Shown piece after piece: positions 8,662-18,532 of a stretch of 55,985 nucleotides of DNA. The position numbers were made by a program, and so were the translations under genes. Origin of the DNA: a virus (Duplodnaviria > Caudoviricetes); IMG/VR virus record IMGVR_UViG_3300011116_000560, positions 1 through 55,985 of that record. One strand, written 5' to 3'. Every line of letters begins with the position of its first letter. The first letter of the stretch is position 1. The notes below the pieces were generated by a model. It was not told where the DNA came from. It searched no databases and saw only the letters and a program-made list of their open reading frames with translations.

Positions 8662-11042
8662 CAGGCCTCCCTCAGACTAGTCGGCGTCTCGCCAAAGTGT
8701 ATAGCTTTAGCGCGGGTATTGCCAGATACGGATATCTCAAATGTGTCGGTTTTATACCCGGTAGGAAGCCTAAATGTGGCGTCGGAAGTAATAGTCGTAG
8801 CTATTACTTCCTCTTTCTTTGCCCACATACGGAACGTCAGACTCTTTATGGAGTCAATAGCGATAGGCAGCCGCACCAAGGAAGCTGCACCCCGGTTAAA
8901 CCCAATCGAGTTAAACCCACCGGGAGCGTAAACTTTTGCCCCTGTAGAATTGGTAAACCCAGCGGGGCCATTAAAGCAACCGAATTGATTAGTGATCGCC
9001 CGAATACTTAGATTATATGCTACGGCAGCTGCATTATAATCTTGAATTGCTACCAAATCAGACAGCAAACCTGCGTAATCCGCAAATATCCTCGCAGCAC
9101 CGATATTGGTGTAGCCCTCAGTAATGATAACTTTGGACTTCCATTCAAATGACATAGCGGGCTGGTCTAACCGATCCCACTCTCTAAGTTCTTTAGTTGC
9201 GTTATCTATAAAGAAGAATTTATCAAAAACAGTGTCATAATAGGCTGCGTCAAACTTTGCACTTATGTCTACAAAATACCCGCCAGATTTTTCATCCCGT
9301 TCGAAAATGAACGCTCCTCCGGCATGAGAAGCAAAATACTTGTTTGCAGAAAAAGCAGCCACAATTGTTGTTTGGTCAATCTCATTCCACGTATCCCAAT
9401 CGTAAATTTGTTTGGTGACAATATCAATCCCGCTAGACGGGCTATATATGGCCAACCCGCCGTGAGTTGGATAGATCACGCCATAGCCTAGATTGACTAT
9501 GCCGCGCTTGGATTCGCACGGGTATGGAGCGTCGATACGAGCGTAGGCCATGGCTTCTGGCGAGCTACCGCTAACCAAGTACGGGTAGGAGTCGGTTAGC
9601 ACTAGGATAGCACCTGCAATCGATGCTAATCCAACTATTGTATGAGGGAATACGAGCCTGTACCGCTTAGGCCACGCCCAAGGCTTATCAATCTCCGAAA
9701 AGCACAATTCATTACCCACAAACCCAACAAGGATATTATTCTGAGCTACGATAAGCCCAGTCATATTCTCGTCTGGCGCTTCGTTATATAGCGAATCAAT
9801 GGTAATGGATAAGTGCGTAACCAAGAAATCATCAATGAACGAACTACCAGTATAGAAGCGTGATGAGGTAACCCCCGGCTCTGCCGTGTCCCAGTACTGA
9901 TACCCAGCAGATGTGGCTGTCGTGGCTTTATCTGATCCAGCGGCGGTGTAGGTAAATTTGTATTTATCGACTACCGATAAAACTGCTACGTCCGTCACAT
10001 CGAACGATGTATCAGGTACCCCGCCAAATGTAGTGCTGGTTATTTTTATCTCATCGCCTACTAACAGGTTATGTGGGTATAATGTCGTCATAGTGACAAC
10101 GTTGGACGTTCTGGATGCAGACGCCAAAGGATTAGGGAACCATATCTCTGCGAGCAGATAGTAGGTTGTAGCTACCGAACTAGGAACGGTACGGTACACA
10201 CGAAACCCACGTACAAAATTGGATCCTGCTGGTGGCGCAGTCGGTAGCCCGGAAATAGTTACGGTTTGCCCTTCGCGGACATAAACCTCAGTCGTCGGAT
10301 CGCTTGGTACGGACTCCTCGCCCCACGGTGTAAGCCAGCTGTACACATACGTCCTATTTGCAGGAGTACCCGCTAAACTTACTGAACCGTTTGTATCGCC
10401 AGTTACAGCAACAACCGCGCCTTGGTTATAGTAGGAAAATGACGTGGTATTTAGCACGGTGACGCGTACGTTGGTACTGTTAAACGTAAGTCCTGTTGCG
10501 GAGACGAACGATGTTATTGACACAATCAAATCAGAGCGCAAACCATGCGGGGTCCCGGTTACAATTGTGGCAATATTACCAGAATCACGGGCATACGAAA
10601 CTGTGGTTTTAGACGCAAACGACGCAGCAGACACAGTAGGCACTGTAGTCGGGAGCGGTAGACCAAGATCGTAGGAGGCATATGGATAAGACCCAGCTCC
10701 CTGAACAGCAAGGGCATAGTCGGTTACTTTAGGCGCACCATCCCCCGTGTAGTAGATGCGTTGTTCTTCGCCAGACAACGATGTGGGGCGCACTACATCT
10801 ACATCGGAAACCCAAGATAACCATAAATTACTAGTTGCATCTGCCGGGTCTTGCATAGGGTAAATAGTCTTAACAATACCAGACCGAAGCGGAAGAGCAA
10901 TTGTCAGCGGCTGACGATATGGGATTAAGTCGCCGGAATGCAATTTTACATTCGTAGCAATCTGCGCAGCAGAGTTCGGCAGCAGCTCCGGACCAATCTT
11001 GGGAGCAATACCTAAAAACTTTGTTAACTTTGCTGCGGGCAT
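8661..11042 (-). CDS. Tail tubular/nozzle (stabilisation) protein, 793 aa
   Basis: Beta-rich; LCFSE..PWAWP, YPYLVSG and C.SKRGIV motifs typical of podovirus nozzle proteins; two internal T..PHGL/PHNL beta modules. Confidence 0.7.
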   Translation of the reverse strand: MPAAKLTKFLGIAPKIGPELLPNSAAQIATNVKLHSGDLIPYRQPLTIALPLRSGIVKTIYPMQDPADATSNLWLSWVSDVDVVRPTSLSGEEQRIYYTGDGAPKVTDYALAVQGAGSYPYASYDLGLPLPTTVPTVSAASFASKTTVSYARDSGNIATIVTGTPHGLRSDLIVSITSFVSATGLTFNSTNVRVTVLNTTSFSYYNQGAVVAVTGDTNGSVSLAGTPANRTYVYSWLTPWGEESVPSDPTTEVYVREGQTVTISGLPTAPPAGSNFVRGFRVYRTVPSSVATTYYLLAEIWFPNPLASASRTSNVVTMTTLYPHNLLVGDEIKITSTTFGGVPDTSFDVTDVAVLSVVDKYKFTYTAAGSDKATTATSAGYQYWDTAEPGVTSSRFYTGSSFIDDFLVTHLSITIDSLYNEAPDENMTGLIVAQNNILVGFVGNELCFSEIDKPWAWPKRYRLVFPHTIVGLASIAGAILVLTDSYPYLVSGSSPEAMAYARIDAPYPCESKRGIVNLGYGVIYPTHGGLAIYSPSSGIDIVTKQIYDWDTWNEIDQTTIVAAFSANKYFASHAGGAFIFERDEKSGGYFVDISAKFDAAYYDTVFDKFFFIDNATKELREWDRLDQPAMSFEWKSKVIITEGYTNIGAARIFADYAGLLSDLVAIQDYNAAAVAYNLSIRAITNQFGCFNGPAGFTNSTGAKVYAPGGFNSIGFNRGAASLVRLPIAIDSIKSLTFRMWAKKEEVIATTITSDATFRLPTGYKTDTFEISVSGNTRAKAIHFGETPTSLREA

Positions 11043-11048
11043 TGTATA

Positions 11049-11510
11049 CTACGGTCTAACAAGTGCATCAGGGTCAACTGGCCAACCATGTTGCTGCCAT
11101 GCGGCGCAAGCAGCTGCGTCGGCTAGGGCATTTATCTCGGTTTCAAGCGCATTGCCGTTAGCCCGAAGAGCTTTGCGATAGGTACGGATAGCATCGCTTG
11201 CCTTTGTGTTTGTTGCATCTTCAAGTTCGCGTGTGATCTGCCAATCGCTTTGCGCGAGAGACGATGCAACGTAGGCCTTAGCGGCTACAATAAGCACTTG
11301 CTTGCACTGAGCAACGTCACGCGGCGAACCAGCGGCGAAGTAGAAGCGGCTATCGAAGGCTTCCGGCTGTGGCGGGTCGTATCGCGTGATGCCTTTCTCA
11401 GCGAGCATTTCCGGGGTGGCGTTACTAAGCCAGATATCGGAGAACTTTTCACCGTCAATAGTGAAGCCGTTACCAGCACTAATAGTAGTACCGTCTGGAA
11501 GCTGAAACAT
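11049..11510 (-). CDS. Tail fibre assembly chaperone-like protein, 153 aa
   Basis: LAQSDWQITR...YRKALR...WP.DP motif; directly downstream of the fibre gene. Confidence 0.75.
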   Translation of the reverse strand: MFQLPDGTTISAGNGFTIDGEKFSDIWLSNATPEMLAEKGITRYDPPQPEAFDSRFYFAAGSPRDVAQCKQVLIVAAKAYVASSLAQSDWQITRELEDATNTKASDAIRTYRKALRANGNALETEINALADAAACAAWQQHGWPVDPDALVRP

Positions 11511-11513
11511 TTG

Positions 11514-14171
11514 TTACCTCGCTCGTGCAGTTTTAAAGGGTTGTTCGGCAAATGCAGCAAAAACGAATGTTTGTCCGGACTGATTTAAGTTTACGGACGA
11601 TCCGTCATGGCGGATTTTGAAGCCGTTTGAGGTTATATCCAATAGATTTGTTGCAGTTGAATCTGCTGCTGAGGAACTTGGCACCAGCACGTTAGCAGAA
11701 ACGTTATAAGTGTCACGAACAGCGTCAACTATACCCCATCCACCAGTTGAAGCGCTTTTCCACATAACCCAACGAGGGCGAAATCCACAGTAAACAAAAG
11801 GACCATCAGTGCTGCCATTGCCAGTGTAAGAGCCGAACTTGGAGAAGCCGGAGATTTCGGCAAACAGATATGCGATATAACTTTTTGTGTTCTCGTTTAC
11901 TTCTGGCCAAGACGAACCGCCAAGGCTAAAGACTGATGACGTCGGATCTGTGCTATTCCATTGCCCGCTAGCGCCGCCATTTGCCTGTGCGCCAGTAGAT
12001 TGAAGTTCCAAGCGATAATTCGCGCTGGTCAGGCCTGAATGATAGACAAACCACCCATAAGGGGTTGTTGTGTTTCTCCCTTTGACAATAATCATCTTAG
12101 GTGCAACGCCAAGAGAATGTGCCACGGTACGAGCTGAGCCGGTTCCGGTATATGAGACAATATCAAAGCCCGGTGTTGCACCTTTCTTCCAGCCTGCCAC
12201 AACATAGGCGCGCCCAGTAATACCCGCATTTAAGCTAAACGGCTGCATTGCCAGTACGTTTACACCGGGGGTGCCGTTCCAGTAAAACTCTGCGGACGAC
12301 GTTACTTCCGCTGCTGTGTTGTTTGATGACAGCGTGTTCCCATTTATTGCCAAATCGTTAATCAACAGATGATTTGTCGACCCGTTGCTCCGATCCTTTA
12401 ACCAAGCAAAGTTCGAAATCATTCCGCTAGGCATTGGAATGTTGACGGCAGCACCAGTGCCAGTGATCGTGACAACATCAAAATAAGTATTCGGCTTCAA
12501 GATCGCCGGGTCGGGGAGGTTCTGCGTGCAGAGGGCTTTGCTGCCCGAGGGGGCGGTGTAAGCAAAGGGGCGCTGACCAGCGTTAATTGAAAAGGCCGTG
12601 CTCTGCGAAGCGCCAGAATAGTGCCCCACTGCTGGAAACAATGTTCCAGCCGCGATGCTGGAGTACATCGCCGTTGTTGGCGTGCTATCGTTGCTGTTGG
12701 AGGCATTCATCCAACCGGTATCGTCACGGATGAATATTTCTCTAGTCAAAGCCTTCCAGTAAAACCCATATACAGTAAGGCCGAATGCGGTAGCGAATTT
12801 CCCCCATACGGTCCCGCCCGGTGCGCCGGTGGGATTGTTGGTGAGTTTAGCCCCACGTGTGCCAGAACCATTGTAGGCCGGGCTGAACGCCCATCCGTAG
12901 GCATCACCACCAAGAAGTGCAGCCAAAGATGACCGAGCGTCCGCGACCCCGATCAGGGCGTTAGAGTTAGAGTTCGTGTTGACGCCCACTTCCCAATATT
13001 GGTCGACAGTATCGCTAAGAGCGAACGTCGAGCGCGTCGCTTGCGTAATTGACGCACCAGACCAAGCGGCGTCGAGATTGCCTCCGGTGAGTGCAACACC
13101 TGCGGCCTTATCAAGCGGGTTCCATGTGCAATAATTCCCGCGCACCTCGCCACCAGCACCAGTGTCGGTGCCGTAGTTCGTAGGCGTGTCAACGAGGCTG
13201 TCGTTGGTGACGCCTGCGGCGACAGAGATGCCTGATGGTGTCCAGTTATTGCCCGTGAATACGAGAGCGCCGCCGACCACAGTGGTCGTGGCCGCCGCAG
13301 ACATCGTGGCAGTCCATGCACCGGAGACGCCGCCGACTACCGTGAGGTAAGTGTTGGACGGAATGCCGGAGCCCGTGACAATCTGATTGACCTGCGGCTG
13401 AACTGCGCCCGCGATGGCAGTCAGAGCGGTGCTGGACGCCGTGGTGCCTGTTGTCGAGAGGACGTTTGTTCCCGACGAGTCCTTACCAATGGTTGCTGGA
13501 GTAATGCCTGAGTTGTCGCTGAACTTCAGATAAAACCCGTTCGTGCCGTAGGAGCCGCTGTAAGCCTTTGGTTCCCAAGCGCCTGTCGTGGCGTTGGTTT
13601 GGCCGAAATTTGAAGCGGCTAGTGCCTGCCCGTCGATGTGACGAAAGCTCGCCAGATAACCGTCGAAGAAATTGTAATTGTTGCCGACTTCGCGACCGAT
13701 CTGCTGGACCTTGCCGGAACCCGCGATCTTAAGAGTTTGCGCAGGCGTGACCTCAGTGCTCCATGCCTGCAATGACTGTACGACACCATTCACTTCTATG
13801 ATGAGGCGGCTACCGGAAGCTGCATCCGTGTCGACACGAAGGACAATGTGAAGCCACGCAGACGGGTCGCGGTAAACTGCGGCTGTCTTTACCGAGTTGG
13901 CGTTAGCGTTGGCCCACCAGCGCAACGTGTCGTCGGTGTCGAACCCGAACAGATCGTAACCAGTCGAGTCAGCGGCATACAGGGGTTGCAAGGCCGAGTC
14001 GGAAATCTTGCCGCGCTTAAGCCAGAACTCTTGCGTGTACTTCTTAGCACTCGCCGGAGCTACCCCCGGAGTCCACGCCAGCTTTGCCGATGCGGCCTGA
14101 CGAAGCCGCAGCGAGCGCGCGATCTGGTAACCGCCACGAGTTGATTTTGTGTTTCCAGAGATTACGCTCAT
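11514..14171 (-). CDS. Tail fibre/receptor-binding protein with LamG (concanavalin-like), SPRY-like and C-terminal repeat domains, 885 aa
   Basis: YRDPSAWLHIV...FDGYLA, YGTNGFYLKF, YWEV, NAGQRPF, GFDIVSYTGTG..HSLGVAPKMIIVK and GFSKFGSYTGNG..GFRPRWV motifs. Confidence 0.85.
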   Translation of the reverse strand: MSVISGNTKSTRGGYQIARSLRLRQAASAKLAWTPGVAPASAKKYTQEFWLKRGKISDSALQPLYAADSTGYDLFGFDTDDTLRWWANANANSVKTAAVYRDPSAWLHIVLRVDTDAASGSRLIIEVNGVVQSLQAWSTEVTPAQTLKIAGSGKVQQIGREVGNNYNFFDGYLASFRHIDGQALAASNFGQTNATTGAWEPKAYSGSYGTNGFYLKFSDNSGITPATIGKDSSGTNVLSTTGTTASSTALTAIAGAVQPQVNQIVTGSGIPSNTYLTVVGGVSGAWTATMSAAATTTVVGGALVFTGNNWTPSGISVAAGVTNDSLVDTPTNYGTDTGAGGEVRGNYCTWNPLDKAAGVALTGGNLDAAWSGASITQATRSTFALSDTVDQYWEVGVNTNSNSNALIGVADARSSLAALLGGDAYGWAFSPAYNGSGTRGAKLTNNPTGAPGGTVWGKFATAFGLTVYGFYWKALTREIFIRDDTGWMNASNSNDSTPTTAMYSSIAAGTLFPAVGHYSGASQSTAFSINAGQRPFAYTAPSGSKALCTQNLPDPAILKPNTYFDVVTITGTGAAVNIPMPSGMISNFAWLKDRSNGSTNHLLINDLAINGNTLSSNNTAAEVTSSAEFYWNGTPGVNVLAMQPFSLNAGITGRAYVVAGWKKGATPGFDIVSYTGTGSARTVAHSLGVAPKMIIVKGRNTTTPYGWFVYHSGLTSANYRLELQSTGAQANGGASGQWNSTDPTSSVFSLGGSSWPEVNENTKSYIAYLFAEISGFSKFGSYTGNGSTDGPFVYCGFRPRWVMWKSASTGGWGIVDAVRDTYNVSANVLVPSSSAADSTATNLLDITSNGFKIRHDGSSVNLNQSGQTFVFAAFAEQPFKTARAR

Positions 14172-14800
14172 GCTGCAACATTACCCGAAGTAGTCGCTAT
14201 GACGTTTGTTCCGTCGTAGCAGTAGTACGAAATCCAGTACGTCCCGCTTGTGCTGATAGTTGCCAAGTCAGCAGTACTCATCTTTGTCGTTGCTGCGGCA
14301 GTGATGGCGTAGTTGCTGCCATTGACGAGGTGTATGTTGCCCGACTGACCAGACGTGATGTTCGTGAACGTCAGCGCACCACCAGCCGTAGGCGTCGAGC
14401 GGAAGTTGTTCGTCACGTTCATGTCGAACGACACGTCGTTGTCCGTCGTCACCGTACCGCGCTGCGATGCCGTGAAGGTCTGAAGGTCAGCCGTCTTGGC
14501 AGTTTCAGCGAACAACGCTGCTGTTGGACGGATTTCTACGACATCCCCGTTGCTGAACGCTTTTGCAGTAGTATTATCCTGCGCCCTGACAATAGTACTA
14601 AACGTATCAGTAGACCGAGCCGTTACCTTGATGATCTCTACGTTGAGAGATGCATCTATCAAGGTGGCGTAGAAATATGCGCCACCGGTCGGGTTTGGGA
14701 ACAGAGCACCCTGTCCCGCGTTTAACGCTAAGCTTACAGCAGATAGGGTGATAGCCCCGTTAAGCGTGCCTGCGGCGTTGTTAGTTATAAGAGCTGCCAT
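14168..14800 (-). CDS. Tail fibre-associated protein, 210 aa
   Basis: N-terminal NNA..TL...GQGALFP...EIIKVTAR...VRAQD module common in fibre/adaptor proteins. Confidence 0.7.
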   Translation of the reverse strand: MAALITNNAAGTLNGAITLSAVSLALNAGQGALFPNPTGGAYFYATLIDASLNVEIIKVTARSTDTFSTIVRAQDNTTAKAFSNGDVVEIRPTAALFAETAKTADLQTFTASQRGTVTTDNDVSFDMNVTNNFRSTPTAGGALTFTNITSGQSGNIHLVNGSNYAITAAATTKMSTADLATISTSGTYWISYYCYDGTNVIATTSGNVAA

Positions 14801-14812
14801 TTTGCGCCTCTA

Positions 14813-15259
14813 TTACGAAACGGTGATAACCCAAGAGATGGTCAGGGTATCCGACGCACCTTTATTGATGACGGAGTAGACCGTACGGCAGAGCATTGTA
14901 CCAGCGGAAGCAGCGTTAAAAATGCCAGCTTCGACAAGCGCGCCGGTGCCAACGCCAGCGCTGAACGTACAGGCGTACGTGACGGTATTGGTCGACACAG
15001 TGGTACTCGTCAACGCGGTACGGCTGGAGCCTACAGCCGCGCCCAACGTAGTGTCGGTGGCGTAGGCAGTCGTCGAGCTGGTGCCGACTTCCATGTGCGA
15101 CATGGCCGTGGCAGTGGCGTCCTTCATACGCGAGGCGATGAAACCCTTACCTAAGGTGGTGACGACGTTGTCATGCTCACGCTTTTCTTTAACTTTACCA
15201 TCTGGGCCAGTAAGGACAAAGATAACCTTACCTTTTACAGTCGTCTGGTCTTGGATCAT
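14813..15259 (-). CDS. Tail structural protein, 148 aa
   Basis: NVVTTLG...MSHMEVG...EAGIFNA..GTMLCR motif, Thr-rich; tail module. Confidence 0.7.
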   Translation of the reverse strand: MIQDQTTVKGKVIFVLTGPDGKVKEKREHDNVVTTLGKGFIASRMKDATATAMSHMEVGTSSTTAYATDTTLGAAVGSSRTALTSTTVSTNTVTYACTFSAGVGTGALVEAGIFNAASAGTMLCRTVYSVINKGASDTLTISWVITVS

Positions 15260-15269
15260 GATAGGTTCC

Positions 15270-16040
15270 TTACTTGTTAAATGCCCTGACGTTGAAGGCG
15301 GATGCGTTCATAATTCCGAGCGGGGCCGAGGTTAGTGTTTCAGTAAGCGCTTCGGTAACAGTGGCTGAATCAGTAGCCACCTTGCTAAAGGTTAGCACAA
15401 TACCCTCAGATAGAGAAATACTGTCCGCCAAGGGGACGGTTATGAAGATAGCCTCAGTAACAGTAACACTGTCCCCGAGGGCGTTTGAGGTGACTGAGAA
15501 AGCTAGAGCTTCCGAAACTGTCGCCGTATCCGTAATAGTGTCTCGTACGAAAGACACTGTTCTATCCAACGCTTCACTCAAACTGGCAGAATCAGCCAAT
15601 ACACTGGACACATCAAATGGGTTCAGGCTATCGGTTGCCCCTACAGTATCCCCAAATTCGCGTCCCCCTGTTAAAGTTACTAGTTCGCTGACGGTAACAA
15701 TATCAAGCCCAAGGGCAATATCAGGTGTACTAAAGGCCTTGGTACCCGCCTCTGAAATTGACACTGTGTCAGGTGTAATAACGATACTTGGCCATAGAAT
15801 AGAGGCTTCGCCTACCGTAATACTATCAAATTCAACGGGGCCGTCATAGATAGTAATTGAATCGAGCAGAAATGCGCTATCCGAATATGTCGGGCTTATA
15901 AGCTTAGTATTTGTATCGGACGGGGTAACAGATTGTTGGAAGCGCGTAATAGGAAACGGCGCAAAAACAAGTTCTGGGTTCGCATATGCGGTAACGCGTA
16001 TGCCGGGGTATGCAGGGATGGTCGACCTAGATGTTACCAT
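15270..16040 (-). CDS. Repeat-rich tail/fibre shaft protein, 256 aa
   Basis: About 12 degenerate D(S/T)xxx(S/T)E repeats. Confidence 0.7.
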   Translation of the reverse strand: MVTSRSTIPAYPGIRVTAYANPELVFAPFPITRFQQSVTPSDTNTKLISPTYSDSAFLLDSITIYDGPVEFDSITVGEASILWPSIVITPDTVSISEAGTKAFSTPDIALGLDIVTVSELVTLTGGREFGDTVGATDSLNPFDVSSVLADSASLSEALDRTVSFVRDTITDTATVSEALAFSVTSNALGDSVTVTEAIFITVPLADSISLSEGIVLTFSKVATDSATVTEALTETLTSAPLGIMNASAFNVRAFNK

Positions 16041-16369
16041 TAAAACTGCGCCCGTACCCTGAATTTAAGCAGGTCATAGGAACTCTGCACCGCCCCATTA
16101 AAGTTAACTTCTATTTCTCCTTCGTACATTCCAGCGGCAACGCTTAGGACATTCGGGGCAAAGTCAAATGAAACTATGCCGTTTACCGCATCAGTCTTTG
16201 TACAAGTAATTGTGGAGAGCACCGTAGTCGTTCCCGCCGCACGAAAGTATACAAGTATGCTCGTCGTCGCCGCCGATAGATCAACTGCGCTACCCGATAC
16301 GTTATCTGTTAGCTGTAGCGTGATATCCGGCTTCTGATCGCCCTGAACAAGCCTTATTACGTCAACCAT
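16040..16369 (-). CDS. BppU-N-like tail adaptor domain protein, 109 aa
   Basis: IRLVQGD...VDLS...G.YEGEIEV...FRVR pattern. Confidence 0.65.
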   Translation of the reverse strand: MVDVIRLVQGDQKPDITLQLTDNVSGSAVDLSAATTSILVYFRAAGTTTVLSTITCTKTDAVNGIVSFDFAPNVLSVAAGMYEGEIEVNFNGAVQSSYDLLKFRVRAQF

Positions 16370-16379
16370 TGCTATGACC

Positions 16380-17033
16380 TCACGAGAACGGTTGTAAGCG
16401 TACTGTTAAAGACGCTCTTGCCATGCCAATATTAGCCTTGGCGCGCTGCACCCCCGTTTTATAGGCGTACTGTTTCGCGTGAAACGCTGATAATTCCATA
16501 GACGACCACGATTTGTTAGGCAAAGCCAGCAAAGTGTGCAATGCACCATGGAGAATTAGGGGTTCCGCATCGTCAAAGAACCGTTTATCCATAGATGTGG
16601 CCTCTAAAGTAGGTTTTAGAGCCAAAAACATGATTATATTGTAAATTTCGGCATTACCCGGTACCGGAACAAGACAGAATTGGTCCGGATTGAACTGGGT
16701 AACGATGCGCGGCCTGTCGCGCTTAGCCACATCTGCGGATGGCCAGTCGGGGTACCGCGAATGTACGTTTTCCTGCGTCAATGGAAGTAGCGCGTTGTTC
16801 CCTATATGGGCATGGATTATGGCTGCAACGGCTGTTCCGCTAGGAGTGTCGTAGTCGTACTCAAAAACCCCTGCCGTTAGCGTTATTGCTTCCTGTTCAA
16901 ACCGCCATAATAGCGTCCGTTCGCATACGTCGATGGCTGCGGCACGAACATGCTGAATGATCGTTGGCATAGGGCACCCCGGGGCAACCGGGGCTATCTT
17001 ATATTCTAACGAAGAGAACAGCCTGTCAGTCAT
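16380..17033 (-). CDS. Head-tail adaptor/tail tubular protein A-like, 217 aa
   Basis: PGCP...VRAAAIDVCERT.LWR...LPNK.WS pattern; position after the head genes. Confidence 0.65.
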   Translation of the reverse strand: MTDRLFSSLEYKIAPVAPGCPMPTIIQHVRAAAIDVCERTLLWRFEQEAITLTAGVFEYDYDTPSGTAVAAIIHAHIGNNALLPLTQENVHSRYPDWPSADVAKRDRPRIVTQFNPDQFCLVPVPGNAEIYNIIMFLALKPTLEATSMDKRFFDDAEPLILHGALHTLLALPNKSWSSMELSAFHAKQYAYKTGVQRAKANIGMARASLTVRLQPFS

Positions 17034-17687
17034 TTAGGGACCGTTCTTCTTGCCGGGAGTGGAGGAAGACTCGTCTGTAATTGACTGGTTGGCCAACGTT
17101 GCGCTCATCGTTTGCATAAACGACTGCATGAACATTGCAGCCCGCCCACTGGTAACGCTTTCGTTATCCGTTGACTCGATTAGCCATACTACGCCATCTA
17201 CAACCACAGGGAAATAGGCGTCTGGAAGCTCCGTGACAGTAGTGTTAGCGTCGTATGTGGCTGGCATCTTAGCGTACTCGCCAACAAGTATCTGCCCAGC
17301 CGGTGCTTTTGGGTATATAAAAAACCGATTAGCGTTTTTAACGTGCCGCATCCAATTCAAACAATTTCCATCAGGGTCATCTGCCCATGTGGGGTAGGTC
17401 TGATCGAGGGTAGCCCTGTTGGTTTCGCGTACCCCGGACCCACCTTTTACTCGGAAAATATCTATCAACCGCAAAGAATTAGTAGGCGCGGTTTGAAGAA
17501 CTTCTCCAGTTGCGCATGTAATATCGCCTATGTACGAAAACAGATCAGGCCGCAAGATCGCCATACGTTGCAACACCTGATTGGCTGTTCCAAGCAGATG
17601 TGCGTCAGAGTACCGCCGCAAACTTGCAGCGGCATTCGTATCTTGCAGGAGCCTGCGAGCCTCTGTAAGCACGTCAGCGAGTATCAT
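17034..17687 (-). CDS. Head-tail adaptor protein, 217 aa
   Basis: VL.EARRLLQD...RYSD..LL...RPDLF...FFIYP pattern of podovirus-type adaptors. Confidence 0.7.
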   Translation of the reverse strand: MILADVLTEARRLLQDTNAAASLRRYSDAHLLGTANQVLQRMAILRPDLFSYIGDITCATGEVLQTAPTNSLRLIDIFRVKGGSGVRETNRATLDQTYPTWADDPDGNCLNWMRHVKNANRFFIYPKAPAGQILVGEYAKMPATYDANTTVTELPDAYFPVVVDGVVWLIESTDNESVTSGRAAMFMQSFMQTMSATLANQSITDESSSTPGKKNGP

Positions 17688-17944
17688 AAGGATACCCTTT
17701 TGACTTTTGGCTTAGCAAATAACCCACGCCCGGCATCCTGAGACAATTCAGGTTTGTCAATTTTTATTTCCTCAAGGACATCAACGCTAATATCAATACG
17801 CGGTGGCTGTCCTTTGCGGTCCTCAGGAATGAACTTCTCCGGGTATGCCTGTTGTTCGCTAACTTCTTCGCAGTTTGGATGTACCGCAAGGATAGGGTGC
17901 CACTCATATATGGTCCCGTCGATCTTGTGGCGAAGATACCGCAT
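17684..17944 (-). CDS. Hypothetical protein, 86 aa
   Basis: GAGG RBS; coupled to the next gene. Confidence 0.65.
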   Translation of the reverse strand: MRYLRHKIDGTIYEWHPILAVHPNCEEVSEQQAYPEKFIPEDRKGQPPRIDISVDVLEEIKIDKPELSQDAGRGLFAKPKVKRVSL

Positions 17945-17966
17945 AAAAACCTCTAGAGTTGGAGTA

Positions 17967-17992
17967 AAGTAGGGGGCCTAAGCCCCCTACTT
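17967..17992 (-). terminator. Stem-loop after the cement-like gene (probable terminator or stabiliser)
   Basis: AAGTAGGGGGC-CTAA-GCCCCCTACTT, perfect 11-bp stem with only a short U tract. Confidence 0.6.
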
Positions 17993-17997
17993 AGTAA

Positions 17998-18474
17998 TTA
18001 CGAACAGTCAACGCAGACCGCCCAGATGGTGACAACAGCGACATCAGCACCCGAAGTGTTGATGAGAATATCGATAGTATCCGCAGCCGAGTAGTACTTT
18101 CCACCGGTCAAACCGGTGACGGTGTTCGGCGTGGCTTCAGTAAGCGTGAGCGCCGAAGCAATACTGGCAACCGAGTTCAAGCTGAACGCGGTGAGATAGC
18201 CAGAGGTCGAGGTACCGTCGCCAACACCGATGGTGAGGGTAGCGCCTTCGGCAGTGGTACAGTCGGCACCAACGGCGAGAACGAGCGTTTTCGCCGGAAT
18301 GCTGAGAACCTGCAACACGTCGGTAGCAACAAGCGCGGCAGCGCCAGCAGCAGTACGAGCCGCAGCAATCGCAGCAAAGTCGATCTTAACAGCTTGACGG
18401 GACACTTTTTGACCGTTGTACCGCAGAGCAGACGAGCCCCGATTAAAGCCAAGCGTATCGGTATAGGTAGCCAT
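17998..18474 (-). CDS. Probable capsid decoration/cement protein, 158 aa
   Basis: Immediately after the major capsid gene, AGGAG RBS, Ala/Thr-rich beta pattern. Confidence 0.6.
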   Translation of the reverse strand: MATYTDTLGFNRGSSALRYNGQKVSRQAVKIDFAAIAAARTAAGAAALVATDVLQVLSIPAKTLVLAVGADCTTAEGATLTIGVGDGTSTSGYLTAFSLNSVASIASALTLTEATPNTVTGLTGGKYYSAADTIDILINTSGADVAVVTIWAVCVDCS

Positions 18475-18507
18475 AATGGCGTACTCCTAGCAGGAAAATG
18501 GAAGTTA

Positions 18508-18529
18508 AGTGGGGGCGTTAACCCCCACT
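18508..18529 (-). terminator. Stem-loop after the major capsid gene
   Basis: AGTGGGGG-CGTTAA-CCCCCACT, 8-bp stem. Confidence 0.55.
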
Positions 18530-18532
18530 GGA

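Noticed and set aside
11514-14171. Diversity-generating retroelement target
   Set aside because: No reverse transcriptase and no template/variable repeat pair seen
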